Source of the DNA: Candidatus Poribacteria bacterium
Lineage (GTDB): Bacteria; Poribacteria; WGA-4E; WGA-3G
DNA: 64,000 nt
Reading direction: 5' to 3'
Assembly (NCBI GenBank): GCA_963663765.2
Contig: CAXXUA010000004.1
Location: 320,001-384,000 of the forward strand
Made by a program: the position numbers and the translations under genes. Below the pieces are notes generated by a model. The model saw only the letters and a program-made list of their open reading frames with translations. It had not been told where the DNA came from and did no database searches. Positions 41,690-52,579 of the stretch are shown in pieces; the stretch's first letter is position 1; every line of letters begins with the position of its first letter.

Positions 41690-42127
41690 CAAATTCCTCC
41701 TCTTATGTACCTTTCGTAATCTTCCTATCACCTAAATCTATGAATTTGCAGTCTTTCAATATATTGAATTATATAGCAATCTGCTGAAAAAGTCAATGCA
41801 AATCTGTGTGTGTTGTCGAGAATATATTCAGTCTTCTGTCCTGATTCTACTGAAAACTTATTCAGAAATCCCTTTACCTATATTCTACTGTCAAATCATG
41901 CGTTGTTGTAAATAGACTGAAAATGAAAATTGTTTTCCTTCACCAGAGATGTTGATTTCTAGACAGAGAAGTAAACGTACAAAAGCTTCTATTATCTTAT
42001 TCACGGAGTTCAAAAGTGGGGTCGAGGATATCGGTGGGATGTATCGGGAATTCGGTATTTTGGATAGTTCGTATTCCGCTTTCCACTAATATGAGATCGT
42101 ATAAAATATCTTCAAAGTATCATTATT

Positions 42128-45085
42128 CTAAGATTGTTTGTCTTTGCCAATCACAAGGTCCATGAATTCCATTTTATCAGCGCGGAGTAAGTTGTCAAGG
42201 GCGCGTTTTGCATTCTCAATTACAATTGTGTCTGTATTGTTAAGTCCTGCTGTTAGGATAGTTTTTGCTTCCTCGGTCTGAATGTAGATGTTTTTATTTT
42301 GAATGCCAGCAGTTAACTTTGAGAAGCACTCAACTACCGCAGCGGTATGTTTTGGGAGCATTTGACATAACTCCTTTAGATATATTTCCCAATTTTCTAC
42401 TTCGTAATCTTCTGCTTTGCATACATCTATGACTTTGGAATATGACTTCAACCGCCATTTAGCTTCCAAACATTTTGCTTGAAACCAATAGGTAAAATAT
42501 CGTAGTTCTGTCTTTTCTTCCTGATTAAGTCTCCATTTAAAGAAAATTTTAGTCCGATTTTTCATACTATGTTCTAAGTCATCACCTGTACTCATCAATC
42601 GATTTCCTATATCTTTAAATACAATTGCCCAATGTTCACGTTTATTATCAGTTTTCTTATAGAATTGTTCAAGTAAACTTTTTTGTCCCTTAAGGGGGAA
42701 CATTTCCCACAGATAATAGTTAAAAAGACGTTCACCGATTACATCAATAGGATGTCGTGCAATGAGATCATCATGTTTATTAATATTAGATAGATGTCTT
42801 AAAGCAAAATCAAAATCGTCTTTAAGTAAATCAAATATCTCCTTTACTGCAGGATTAAAGAGAACGAAACTGCTAAATGCTGCTGCCCATTCTTGACGTT
42901 TGCTTTCTGCTTGCGGGAAAAAATCTGCCTTATAGTCAATTGCCCACTTCTCATTTAATCTATAAATGGATAGAAAATACTTTCCTAAAATGGCATACTC
43001 TGGCGTTGTTAGAGTATATTCAGTTTCAGATGAGAACCTATTTTCAAGAATTGTTGTTACTTCAGGAACTTCACATGTTGGTTGATGTCTCTGTAACCAT
43101 AAACCAAATTTGATTAGACTTTCCAAAGCACGACTTCGTGTATTATTAATGGCTATTGTAAGTGGATCATTACAGTTTACTCCACTCGCGCGACTCTCAT
43201 CTAAGTTCCAATCAAATTGTGTACATAGAATATTCAGAAGTTTTGCTATCTGTTTGCGCGTAGAAACAGGAACATCAACATCTTTTGCCAAACATACGCT
43301 AATAAAGTCACCGACAGCTCGACGGGAATTTGTCCAGTTCTGATTCTCACGTGATTCATCACCTTGTAAATAGTCTGTATTGTGTTCTCCATCTGGATGT
43401 AAAAGCACCCATTCGCAGAATGTTAACCACTCCTTAAGAAGGTCAAAGTTCTTTTCCTTAACTTGTGCTTCCATTGCATAAATCATCATACGCACATATA
43501 TGGGTCTCTCAATCTGTTCACGATTTTTCATCCAAAACTTCAGTCTATTAGGATCTGGGATGATTGACTCATTGAAAATGGTTTGAAATGCATGGGCAAG
43601 TGCTTCAATATTAGTACTTACAAATGATTTATTTTCATAAGACTCCTCATCTTTCTCCCACTCGTTAATAAAATCAAGTAACTCTTTATCCATAAGATGA
43701 GAAAGATCTTCTGGGGTACGTGGACTTTGTTCAGAAACTCCCCCGCTTCTAACTTTAGTTTTAAATGGTGGATAATCTTCATCGTAAATTGGTTTGTTGA
43801 ATCTATCTTGTAGTTTTTTAAAACAAGTCTTATATTTACCAAATAGGACAGATTCAAAGGGTCTTAGCTGCATCCTATGGAAACGTTGTTGACGTTCCTG
43901 AAAACGCTTTTCTGTTAAGTGCTCACCTAACCAACTCTCCACCCAATGACGATAATTTTCTTTTGATGGACCATCAAGTATCAAATCAAAAATGTTTGCG
44001 CGTTCATCTTCCGTTAGTAACGTATCCTTGAAATGATCACAAGCATGTCGTATCATCTGTTGGAATTCAAAATGATGTTCCCTCAACCCAAAACCTTTGT
44101 GTGTTAAAATTAGTTCACGTATCCACGGTTTTGTTTGTTCATTCGGGAATTGTCCATAAAGATGTTGACGTAAACGGTTGAAAATTGGCCACGGTTTCTT
44201 TCGCAAAACTCTGTCTAAGACTGCAACATTGTTGTCTCCTTTTTCAAATACCATCTCGCAAGAATTTGTCAGTGTATGAACGAGTATTTCTTCAGGATCT
44301 TCGTGCTCGTTGTCTTGTGCGTATAGACGTGTACACCAAACATCAGAAAAATCAACTGCATTGTCATGATTTTCCTTATGAGTCCGTAGAAAAATCATTT
44401 CCATTGTAGTATCTATAAGAAGGCAAGCAACTTTAAAGGGTTCCTTTTCAGCAAGAGGTAGAATTCCTTTAGATATTATAATGGAGTATTCCCAGTGGTC
44501 AAATTTAGGTTTAGGCTGGAGATATGTTCCACCTAAGTCATGCCAGTCGTTTGCATTTTCTCGCTTTTTCCGTTTTTCTTCTGACTTCGGATCAGGTGCG
44601 AACTTAATCAGTACTTTTGCAAGTTCCAATGCATCAGATGTCTGATTTTCCTTCGTCCAATGTGTTAACACATTTGCGAATTTATGCTTTTGAAGTTGGT
44701 AATCCATTTCAATGTATTCAAAGATTTTGTCTTTAAGTTCCACAGAGTCTTCACCTGGAAGCTGCAAAGCAATATCTAATATACCGTCATAGACAACTGG
44801 ATTATCAACTTTCGGTAGATTCACTACCAAATCAATAACTTCATTCGGTAAATCGGTACATACGTTCTTGAGATAACGAATCTCGTGCCAGTATGGGTAT
44901 ATAACGGTGCCATCATCAAATCGCTGGGTTTTTGGCGGATATTTAAACCGACCACGTTCAGCAAGCGGTCGTAACCACAATGGATTTTCCAAGCGCGAGA
45001 AAAAATATTTACAAGCAGTTACCTTTGTAATTGAGGTAAGTGCCTTATTTACAAGTTCATCGGTTGGCTTCTTCCAAGATTTCAT
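42128..45085 (-). CDS. Large alpha-helical hypothetical protein
   Basis: About 985-aa ORF with YFFSRLENPLWL near its start. No catalytic motif recognised. GGAG SD before ATG 45085. Confidence 0.75.
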   Translation of the reverse strand: MKSWKKPTDELVNKALTSITKVTACKYFFSRLENPLWLRPLAERGRFKYPPKTQRFDDGTVIYPYWHEIRYLKNVCTDLPNEVIDLVVNLPKVDNPVVYDGILDIALQLPGEDSVELKDKIFEYIEMDYQLQKHKFANVLTHWTKENQTSDALELAKVLIKFAPDPKSEEKRKKRENANDWHDLGGTYLQPKPKFDHWEYSIIISKGILPLAEKEPFKVACLLIDTTMEMIFLRTHKENHDNAVDFSDVWCTRLYAQDNEHEDPEEILVHTLTNSCEMVFEKGDNNVAVLDRVLRKKPWPIFNRLRQHLYGQFPNEQTKPWIRELILTHKGFGLREHHFEFQQMIRHACDHFKDTLLTEDERANIFDLILDGPSKENYRHWVESWLGEHLTEKRFQERQQRFHRMQLRPFESVLFGKYKTCFKKLQDRFNKPIYDEDYPPFKTKVRSGGVSEQSPRTPEDLSHLMDKELLDFINEWEKDEESYENKSFVSTNIEALAHAFQTIFNESIIPDPNRLKFWMKNREQIERPIYVRMMIYAMEAQVKEKNFDLLKEWLTFCEWVLLHPDGEHNTDYLQGDESRENQNWTNSRRAVGDFISVCLAKDVDVPVSTRKQIAKLLNILCTQFDWNLDESRASGVNCNDPLTIAINNTRSRALESLIKFGLWLQRHQPTCEVPEVTTILENRFSSETEYTLTTPEYAILGKYFLSIYRLNEKWAIDYKADFFPQAESKRQEWAAAFSSFVLFNPAVKEIFDLLKDDFDFALRHLSNINKHDDLIARHPIDVIGERLFNYYLWEMFPLKGQKSLLEQFYKKTDNKREHWAIVFKDIGNRLMSTGDDLEHSMKNRTKIFFKWRLNQEEKTELRYFTYWFQAKCLEAKWRLKSYSKVIDVCKAEDYEVENWEIYLKELCQMLPKHTAAVVECFSKLTAGIQNKNIYIQTEEAKTILTAGLNNTDTIVIENAKRALDNLLRADKMEFMDLVIGKDKQS

Positions 45086-45692
45086 GGATGCTCCTGAGTT
45101 GTTCAATATCGCTTTCTGCAGCGGCATATAAAAACGTATCAAAATTGTGAAAATGCAATTCCACTTCGTTAGATGCTGCCATGGGAAACTCATCCTCACG
45201 TAAATGTGTATGTCCGTTAAACCACTGTTTTGCTTTTCGCCATTCTTGAGATAAGTACTCTGGAATACTTTCTTTATTCGGATAATCCAGAAAATTTGTA
45301 AAGAAAGAACTGTCTATCTCTTTAGCTCTGAGACGGCCTTCTTTGTGGTCATCAACCAGTTTTTTTACCTTTTGACAGATTTCATTAGGGATTAAATGTT
45401 CTTTTAGAACTTTGTCTGGCGGATGAAATCCTTCACCTCCCCATTCGTCTTTCCAATCGTCTTTGAACTTATCCACGAGTTCGACATATTGAACCTGCTC
45501 CCTCTTAATGCCTTCCGAAGCTGGAACAAGACCGTTCATCAAATCCCTGCTGGCGTGGGATACGAAGGTGATGTAGTTCGATGATTTGTTATTCAGTTGT
45601 TCTATTGCACCTTTATATGCTTCGGCATACACAGGTAATTCTAGATCGTCGTTTATCCAATTATAGACAATTTGTTGATTTGATGTCAGCAT
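45057..45692 (-). CDS. Hypothetical protein, possibly HEPN-like helical domain
   Basis: SHASRDLMN and WFNGHTH motifs. Overlaps the next gene by 29 bp. Confidence 0.6.
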   Translation of the reverse strand: MLTSNQQIVYNWINDDLELPVYAEAYKGAIEQLNNKSSNYITFVSHASRDLMNGLVPASEGIKREQVQYVELVDKFKDDWKDEWGGEGFHPPDKVLKEHLIPNEICQKVKKLVDDHKEGRLRAKEIDSSFFTNFLDYPNKESIPEYLSQEWRKAKQWFNGHTHLREDEFPMAASNEVELHFHNFDTFLYAAAESDIEQLRSIHEILEEANR

Positions 45693-45723
45693 TATACCTT
45701 AAAAAACGTTATTATTTCTATTG

Positions 45724-45846
45724 CAGGACTTACGCAATTTTCTTGATTTAATCAAGAATTATGTTGAAAATGATGTAATTAATCAGTGTTTTTATAGGGT
45801 GCCAGCGCGCTTACAAAGCACGCCTACCGTTTTTGCGTAAGTTCTG
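45724..45846. mobile_element. MITE family B carrying one REP
   Basis: TIR CAGGACTTACGCA/TGCGTAAGTTCTG, TSD TATTG. Confidence 0.85.
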
Positions 45847-45922
45847 TATTGAATTAATCTCTATATAACTCCTTATCTTCAACATACAGAAAATCCATAA
45901 CTATTGAATTGAATTTCCAGCA

Positions 45923-47284
45923 TTATATTGAATAAATCATGCGACTTGCTTCTTCAAATTCTGGTTCAAGAGGGTCAGTTGATAGGTAGAGTTTTTGGTA
46001 GGGTTCATACAGTTGGATATAACTCCAATTCACACCACAAAGCACTTTTCCAGTATTAACAAGTTTGATAAATCTACCCCGGAACTTTGCGCGAGTCTGT
46101 TGCGGTGGAGAATGCATCGCTTGTCGTATCTGTGAGTCATCTAATATCCGTTCAGTTAACCCACGTTTTTCTGCTTTGTAGTAGATACTGGAGTCTTGGC
46201 GAATGTTATGATATTCTAAGTCTAACCGTCTGACCTCAGCGGAATTCCAATCAACGCCGCGACTTTTTACATACGCCTCAATCCATTTCCTTTTGATAAC
46301 CCAATCAAGTTCACGTTCCAACTGCATCGGATCATCTTCCAGACATTTCATGACATATTCCCACCGAGACATTATTTCATCGGTTGTCGGGTCAGACTCT
46401 TCTTGTTCAAGATACCGTTTTGCACACTCAAAATATTGCCATTGAAGTTCAATCGCAGTCAATCGTTTACCGTTTTCAAGTTCAACTAATCGTTTGCAGC
46501 TAATATCTTCCGATATTTCGTGAATTGCTTGTACGGAGTTACGAAGAGCGAACCGTTCACTGATAAAATGATCCTCAATCATCCGCAAAATGATACCAGT
46601 AGTTCCCACTTTCAAAAAGGTAGAAAATTCTGACATATTAGAATCACCGACGATGACGTGAAGACGTCTATATTTCTCTCTGTCGGCATGCGGTTCGTCT
46701 CGCGTGTTGATTATTCCGCGGGCAGTTGTTGTCGCGATGGATATTTCTTCGCGGATGTGTTGGGCGCGTTGCGAAATCTCATAGAAACCTTGATCGCTAC
46801 GTTTGATTTTTCCCGCACCGGTAAAAATCTGTCGGGTGACAAAAAAAGGAATGAGTTGAGATGCTAACTGACGAAAACTAACTTTCTCACGTTCCATTAA
46901 ATAGTTTTCATGACATCCATAAGTATTGCCTACTGAATCTAAGTTGTTTTTGAAAATAGAAATTTTGCCACGGAAACCGTCTGCTTTCATACGTCGTTCT
47001 GCTGTTGTAGCAAGCCGTGTGACAATACGTTCTCCCGCTTTGTCGTGGGCAACTAACTCAATGACATCATCACATTCAGGAGTAGCATATTCAGGATGGC
47101 AGCCAATGTCTTGATAGAACCGTGCCCCATTTTCAAGAAATACATCAGGATACATCCTTCCTGAAATTATTTCACGAAACAGATACATCACAACGTTCTG
47201 AACAGTAAGTTTTTTGCCTCTATTTTTCTCTGGGGTACAGATAATTCCGTATTCGGTTTCCAATCCGTAAATTCTACGATGCAT
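45923..47284 (-). CDS. pafA: Pup-protein ligase
   Basis: RRIYGLETEYG, NGARFYQDIGCHPEYATPEC, TRDEPHAD, RLHVIVGD. Confidence 0.92.
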   Translation of the reverse strand: MHRRIYGLETEYGIICTPEKNRGKKLTVQNVVMYLFREIISGRMYPDVFLENGARFYQDIGCHPEYATPECDDVIELVAHDKAGERIVTRLATTAERRMKADGFRGKISIFKNNLDSVGNTYGCHENYLMEREKVSFRQLASQLIPFFVTRQIFTGAGKIKRSDQGFYEISQRAQHIREEISIATTTARGIINTRDEPHADREKYRRLHVIVGDSNMSEFSTFLKVGTTGIILRMIEDHFISERFALRNSVQAIHEISEDISCKRLVELENGKRLTAIELQWQYFECAKRYLEQEESDPTTDEIMSRWEYVMKCLEDDPMQLERELDWVIKRKWIEAYVKSRGVDWNSAEVRRLDLEYHNIRQDSSIYYKAEKRGLTERILDDSQIRQAMHSPPQQTRAKFRGRFIKLVNTGKVLCGVNWSYIQLYEPYQKLYLSTDPLEPEFEEASRMIYSI

Positions 47285-47984
47285 GGTTATATATCTCTGC
47301 TATCTCATCAACTGAGAACCGTCGAAATTTACGGCGACCAATTGTGGAATCAAGACACGATACTTCTATTGTCTCAGGTGTAATTTGATACGGTTCTGCT
47401 TCTTTGGACTCAATAGATTCAAAAGTTTTTGCTGCAAGTTGTAAAGCGTCTTTAAGTTCCAATTCCTCTTTGTAGGTTTCATTAAGTATTTCTGTGATTG
47501 CTTCTGCTCGACCTCCGATGATAGCAAACTGATTTCGTTCCTCATAAGTGCCATCAAACGAAATCTTATAAATCTGACTATGGGTATTCGGACTACCATT
47601 GACTTCACAGACAAGAAGTTCAATCTCAAGAGGTTTCACATCCCATCCTTGCGCAATCGCACTGATATGTTGTGAGTATATATTTGTCAACCATTTGCCA
47701 GTAACATCTTCCCGGTAATATGTATATCCCTTTACTTCTGCTTCTCGTATTCCAGCGACTCGGAGTGCTTCGTATTCAGATACACGTCCAGTAGATGCAA
47801 GTGCTATTCTGTCATATATTTCAGAAATCTTGAATAATGTTCTTCGGGGGTTTTCTGCGACCATTAGAAGTCCATCTCTATATGCTAAAACGATAACTTC
47901 CTTCGCTTGTTCAATTCCGCGATCGACAAATACCTTTTTATCTTCCCAAATTTGTTCGGGTGATACATAATAAGGTGTTGACAT
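47274..47984 (-). CDS. prcA: 20S proteasome alpha subunit
   Basis: PYYVSPEQ...KISEIYDRI. Position after prcB. Confidence 0.92.
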   Translation of the reverse strand: MSTPYYVSPEQIWEDKKVFVDRGIEQAKEVIVLAYRDGLLMVAENPRRTLFKISEIYDRIALASTGRVSEYEALRVAGIREAEVKGYTYYREDVTGKWLTNIYSQHISAIAQGWDVKPLEIELLVCEVNGSPNTHSQIYKISFDGTYEERNQFAIIGGRAEAITEILNETYKEELELKDALQLAAKTFESIESKEAEPYQITPETIEVSCLDSTIGRRKFRRFSVDEIAEIYNHAS

Positions 47985-48015
47985 TTAATCCCCTTTGCAA
48001 GTTAACTTGGAAAAA

Positions 48016-48807
48016 CTATCCATGTTCTAAGCGAGTAACTAATTCATGGAATAACTCAGCAACTGTTTCATCTGGTACATCGGAGATTCCATCCTTTGTG
48101 ATGACCGTCAATGTAGGAAAGATTTTCCTAATTAAATCAGGTCCTCCCGTTGCAATGTCCTCATCCGCTGCATCCCATAATGCTTCAACGATTGACTTCA
48201 AGGCTGCTTGTTGCGACATTTCCGTTCGGAACAACTTTTTAAGGGTTGAACGCGCATCTTTCCCACCAGAACCTATGGAATAATAAGCATCTTCCTCATA
48301 ACGACCACCAAGAACATCATATTTAAATATCCTCCCTTTCTGCTGTTTCAGGTCATATCCAGCAAAAATCGGCAGCACAATAAGTCCCTGCATAACTAAA
48401 CTTAAATTAGCACGTACAAGACTTGACAGATAGTTTGCTTGTCCTTCTAAGCTTAAGGGAGTTCCCTCCACCTTTTCATAAAATTCAACTTGTACTTGGA
48501 ACAGTTTTGCTGTTTCAAAGCAGGGACCCGCGACACCAGCGACAGCAATCGCAGTGTATCTATCAATCTTAAATACTTTCTGTATGCGACGTTCACCAAC
48601 CTGATACCCTTCTGTCGCTTGACGGTCACCCGCAATAATCACACCTTCATCAAATACAAGTGCAAGAACAGTTGTACCTTCCAAAAAATTGCGTGGATAA
48701 TCCTGCTGCAACCCGTTGAGTTGGTTCCAGTCCGAGACATGTTCCGGACAACGACTCTTCAGTATTTGAAGAAAATCTGTTGTCGCATAGTCATGCGGTT
48801 TGAGCAA
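48016..48807 (-). CDS. prcB: 20S proteasome beta subunit
   Basis: Propeptide then G|TT, AGDRQAT, GSG. Confidence 0.93.
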   Translation of the reverse strand: MLKPHDYATTDFLQILKSRCPEHVSDWNQLNGLQQDYPRNFLEGTTVLALVFDEGVIIAGDRQATEGYQVGERRIQKVFKIDRYTAIAVAGVAGPCFETAKLFQVQVEFYEKVEGTPLSLEGQANYLSSLVRANLSLVMQGLIVLPIFAGYDLKQQKGRIFKYDVLGGRYEEDAYYSIGSGGKDARSTLKKLFRTEMSQQAALKSIVEALWDAADEDIATGGPDLIRKIFPTLTVITKDGISDVPDETVAELFHELVTRLEHG

Positions 48808-48809
48808 TA

Positions 48810-49007
48810 CTACTGACCTCCGCGCTGAATAAAGTTTTCGACGAATTCCTCTGAATCCTCTTCCAGAATCTCTTCAATTTCATCAAGGAGCGCGTCTAAA
48901 TCGTCAGTTAAATCGTCAACATTCTCGTTGAGTTCAGGATTAGGTTGGATCTCCTCAGTATGATTGTAAGAGTGATCCCGGTATTCTTGCTGTTTTTCGC
49001 GTGGCAT
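48810..49007 (-). CDS. pup: Prokaryotic ubiquitin-like protein Pup
   Basis: 65-aa acidic protein ending DALLDEIEEILEEDSEEFVENFIQRGGQ. Confidence 0.93.
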   Translation of the reverse strand: MPREKQQEYRDHSYNHTEEIQPNPELNENVDDLTDDLDALLDEIEEILEEDSEEFVENFIQRGGQ

Positions 49008-49091
49008 GAATGACTCCTTTTTTAGTACTGATAACGGAATTTCTGTTTAACTTATATGACACATTATTCAAATGGTGAATATACCATTACA

Positions 49092-50585
49092 TCAAGATGA
49101 ATTGCAGTCAGTTTGGATTTTGTTAACAAGTTCAACAACATTACAAGTATTCAACAGTTCTCCTACAATCGCTTGCGTACCAAAGTGTGGACGATCCATC
49201 ATAATCTTATCATATCCTGTTGGACCATTGAAAACAATCGTATTCCAACTCACACTATGAATACTATCAGGAAATTTCCTTATACAAGTACCTCTAAAGT
49301 ATGCTCGTGTATCCAAGGGTGGATGCAGAATCGCATGCACAATCTCTTCACGAGATAACAAACGTTTGACATGTCCGTTCTTGAGTAATCGCGCATATAA
49401 TCCTTTGTCTGGACGTAGGTCATGAAATTGCAAATCAAGCATCCGTATATTTGGATCATTCCATTTAAAATTGTGTCGCGCAATATATGCATCAATTAAC
49501 TTCTTCTTAATCACCCAATCCAAATAATGTCCTAAACTCATCGGGTCAGATTGTAATCCATTTAAGACAAATTCCCATTTATCCAATACATCCTCTACAA
49601 CAGGATCTCTTTCTTCTGCTGTAAGGTGTTGATGGGCAAGTTCAAGATAACCTTTCTGGATTTCTATTGCGGTCCATTTACGTCCATCCTTTAACTCAAT
49701 CTCTTCTTTGCAAGTCAGATCACGAGACACAGCCTTAATCGTAGCAACAGGCTTATGCAACTCAAACTTATTTTCTACAACACCTTTTTCAATCAACTTT
49801 AGTACAATAGCAGTTATACCGACCTTTAGGTATATAGAATATTCTGCCATATTTGAATCACCGACAATGACATGTAAACGTCTATATAGTTTCGAATCTG
49901 CATGCGGCTCATCACGTGTGTTGATTATCGGACGATCAACCATGGTACTTAGACCGACCTCTTTCTCAAAGAAATCTGACCGCTGTGAAATCTGAAAGTT
50001 TGTATCTGCCGCTCCGTTTTCTGCACCTACCTTACCACTACCAGTGATAATCTGACGTGTTACCATAAATGGTGTCAACCCATCAACTATCTCCGAAAAA
50101 GGTAACTTACGGGACATCAAGTAGTTTTCATGCGCACCATAACTATGTCCCTTATAGTCTGTGTTGTTCTTGTAGATTATTATTTCTTGATTGTCTAATA
50201 ATAACTCTTCCGCAGCAAGACGACTCAAGTCTAATATCAACTCACCCGCCTTTTCGTATTTCACTAAGTCACGCGCATTCGTACACTCGGGGGTACAGTA
50301 TTCTGGATGCGCATGATCTACATAGTATCTCCCACCGTTGGCTAATATGTCGTTGATGACACTGTTGTTTGCGTCTTGTACCGTCTGTTTTTCACTTTCA
50401 GCAATGAACCCACGGGCATCCATCAATGGACTCTCTTGGGCATAGTCCCAAGAAATTGTAGGAATATTCCTACTCTTATATGCATTAACAACTAATGTTG
50501 ATGCTGCAATTGGATCCTGTTCGCCAGCATTTTTGACTGAGATACCGAATTCAGTCTCGGTACCAATGATTGTAGGTACTGTCAT
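49092..50585 (-). CDS. dop: Pup deamidase/depupylase
   Basis: GTETEFG, NGGRYYVDHAHPEY. Confidence 0.92.
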   Translation of the reverse strand: MTVPTIIGTETEFGISVKNAGEQDPIAASTLVVNAYKSRNIPTISWDYAQESPLMDARGFIAESEKQTVQDANNSVINDILANGGRYYVDHAHPEYCTPECTNARDLVKYEKAGELILDLSRLAAEELLLDNQEIIIYKNNTDYKGHSYGAHENYLMSRKLPFSEIVDGLTPFMVTRQIITGSGKVGAENGAADTNFQISQRSDFFEKEVGLSTMVDRPIINTRDEPHADSKLYRRLHVIVGDSNMAEYSIYLKVGITAIVLKLIEKGVVENKFELHKPVATIKAVSRDLTCKEEIELKDGRKWTAIEIQKGYLELAHQHLTAEERDPVVEDVLDKWEFVLNGLQSDPMSLGHYLDWVIKKKLIDAYIARHNFKWNDPNIRMLDLQFHDLRPDKGLYARLLKNGHVKRLLSREEIVHAILHPPLDTRAYFRGTCIRKFPDSIHSVSWNTIVFNGPTGYDKIMMDRPHFGTQAIVGELLNTCNVVELVNKIQTDCNSS

Positions 50586-50631
50586 ATTTTTCTTTGAAAT
50601 CTACAATTAACTCACAAATTGGATAGAAAGT

Positions 50632-52428
50632 TTATAGATACGTTCCACCTGCACTCACTCTCATATCAGGATTTCTGCGGGTTTCAGGTTCATTAATCAA
50701 AGCACGAATGTTAACTATTTTCTCACCCTTCCTACCAGATATTTTCGCCCAATCATCTGGATTGGTGGTGTTCGGAAGGTCCTCATTCTCATGATATTCT
50801 TCCCGAATAGCAGTCTTTAAATCTACAACCGATATGCCTTTTTCTTTCCCCTCAGAACTGATAAGACGTTTAATCGCCATCTTCTTCGCACGGGAAACAA
50901 TGTTCCTAATCATTGCACCACTAACAAAATCTTTGAAAAACAGAGTCTCACGTTCACCACGTGTATAGGTAACTTCAATAAACCTATTCTCTTCAGTTGT
51001 GGCATACATTTCGTCAACTGCTTCAGAAATTAAATGTTCAGTTATATCTTCGCTGTTCCCATCAAATTTCTCTATTTCCTCGTCGGCAAACGGTAAATCG
51101 GGTGTTAAATAGATCGAAAAAATATCCTTCGCACCATCTAAATTAGGACGGTCAATCTTGATTTTTATATCAAGCCTACCAGGCCTTAGCACAGCAGGAT
51201 CCAGTAAATCCTGTCGATTACTTGCTCCAATCACTATAACATCACGTAAGTTTTCTACACCATCAATCTCCGCAAGGAATTGCGGTACTAAAGTAGACTC
51301 CATATCAGATGAAATACCCATACCACGTGAACGAAAGAGTGAATCCATCTCATCAAAGAAAATAACAACAGGAAAACCCTCTTTAGACTTTTCACGTGCT
51401 TTTGAGAACACTTCTCGGATCTTCCGTTCAGTTTCACCAACATACTTATTCAGAAGTTCAGGTCCCTTAATATTAATGAAATACCCTCTAATATCTTCCC
51501 TATTAGTCTGTTGACGAACACGATCCGCAAGACAATTGGCAACTGCACGCGCAATGAGCGTCTTACCACAACCCGGCGGTCCATACAATAGAACACCTTT
51601 AGGAGGAGTCAAATCAAACTCCTTGTACTCAGCCGGATAGAGATACGGCATCTCAATAGCATCACGTATTGCCTCAATTTGCGTATCTAAACCACCAATG
51701 TCCGCATAACTTATGTCCGGCACTTCCTCAAGTAAAAGATCATCAAGTTCGCGTTTGGGTAGTTTCTCAAGAAGCATCCCACTTGTATGATTTAACAGAA
51801 CACTATCACCTGTTTTTAAGGTTTCATCTCTCAACGCTTCAGAGATACGAACTACTTGCTCCTCATCTGTTCGTAGACTGATGACTGCACGATCTGATTC
51901 AAGCACCTCTTTGATCTTAACAACATCACCATGCTTTTCAGGAGGTTTAATCGCGACAACATTCAACCCACTATTCACAATAACCTCTTGACCAACTTGA
52001 AGCTGATCAGCATTTAGTGAAGGATCATGGTTAACTCTCCATTTTTTACCACCGATGTCAACATCAATTGTGTTATCATCATTCACACCAAGAAAAATAC
52101 CGTAGTTATTTGGCGGAGCACTGAGTTGTTTAACCTTTTCTTTTAGGATTTCGAGCTTCTCTTTCGCTTCTTGAAGGGTACTGGTCAGTTTTCGGTTTCT
52201 GCGATGCGATTGCATCAACTCTCGCGTCATATCATACAAACGCGCATCTACATCATCATCGGGCGCAGTTCGAAGCTGTCTTCTTAGATCGCTCACTTCG
52301 TTCTCAAGCATCTCTATCTGCCAATTCAACTCACGAATCCGCTGCGGATAGTTCATACTTTCAGATGAATCTTCCTGCATATCAGCACTCTTCAATAAAT
52401 CTGATGAAGTCTCTCTTTTGCCAGCCAT
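50632..52428 (-). CDS. arc: Proteasome-associated ATPase ARC/Mpa
   Basis: N-terminal coiled coil, OB domains, GPPGCGKT, FFDEMD, EDLPNTTNPDDW, C-terminal GTYL. Confidence 0.95.
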   Translation of the reverse strand: MAGKRETSSDLLKSADMQEDSSESMNYPQRIRELNWQIEMLENEVSDLRRQLRTAPDDDVDARLYDMTRELMQSHRRNRKLTSTLQEAKEKLEILKEKVKQLSAPPNNYGIFLGVNDDNTIDVDIGGKKWRVNHDPSLNADQLQVGQEVIVNSGLNVVAIKPPEKHGDVVKIKEVLESDRAVISLRTDEEQVVRISEALRDETLKTGDSVLLNHTSGMLLEKLPKRELDDLLLEEVPDISYADIGGLDTQIEAIRDAIEMPYLYPAEYKEFDLTPPKGVLLYGPPGCGKTLIARAVANCLADRVRQQTNREDIRGYFINIKGPELLNKYVGETERKIREVFSKAREKSKEGFPVVIFFDEMDSLFRSRGMGISSDMESTLVPQFLAEIDGVENLRDVIVIGASNRQDLLDPAVLRPGRLDIKIKIDRPNLDGAKDIFSIYLTPDLPFADEEIEKFDGNSEDITEHLISEAVDEMYATTEENRFIEVTYTRGERETLFFKDFVSGAMIRNIVSRAKKMAIKRLISSEGKEKGISVVDLKTAIREEYHENEDLPNTTNPDDWAKISGRKGEKIVNIRALINEPETRRNPDMRVSAGGTYL

Positions 52429-52579
52429 ACAAATAGTTCTCACTTTCTATAGTAAAGATTGAGGTATGGTAGTATATCTGTCGGATACTAAAATACCGAC
52501 TAAAGTTTTAATAATATAGCATGTTGAAAAAAATACTTCAAGAAAAAACTATAATCGACTACACCATATAAAAGAATTC

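Noticed and set aside
48810-49007. UBact assignment
   Set aside because: The C-terminus is GGQ with a Pup-like LDEI..LE helix, not R(S/T)G(E/Q).
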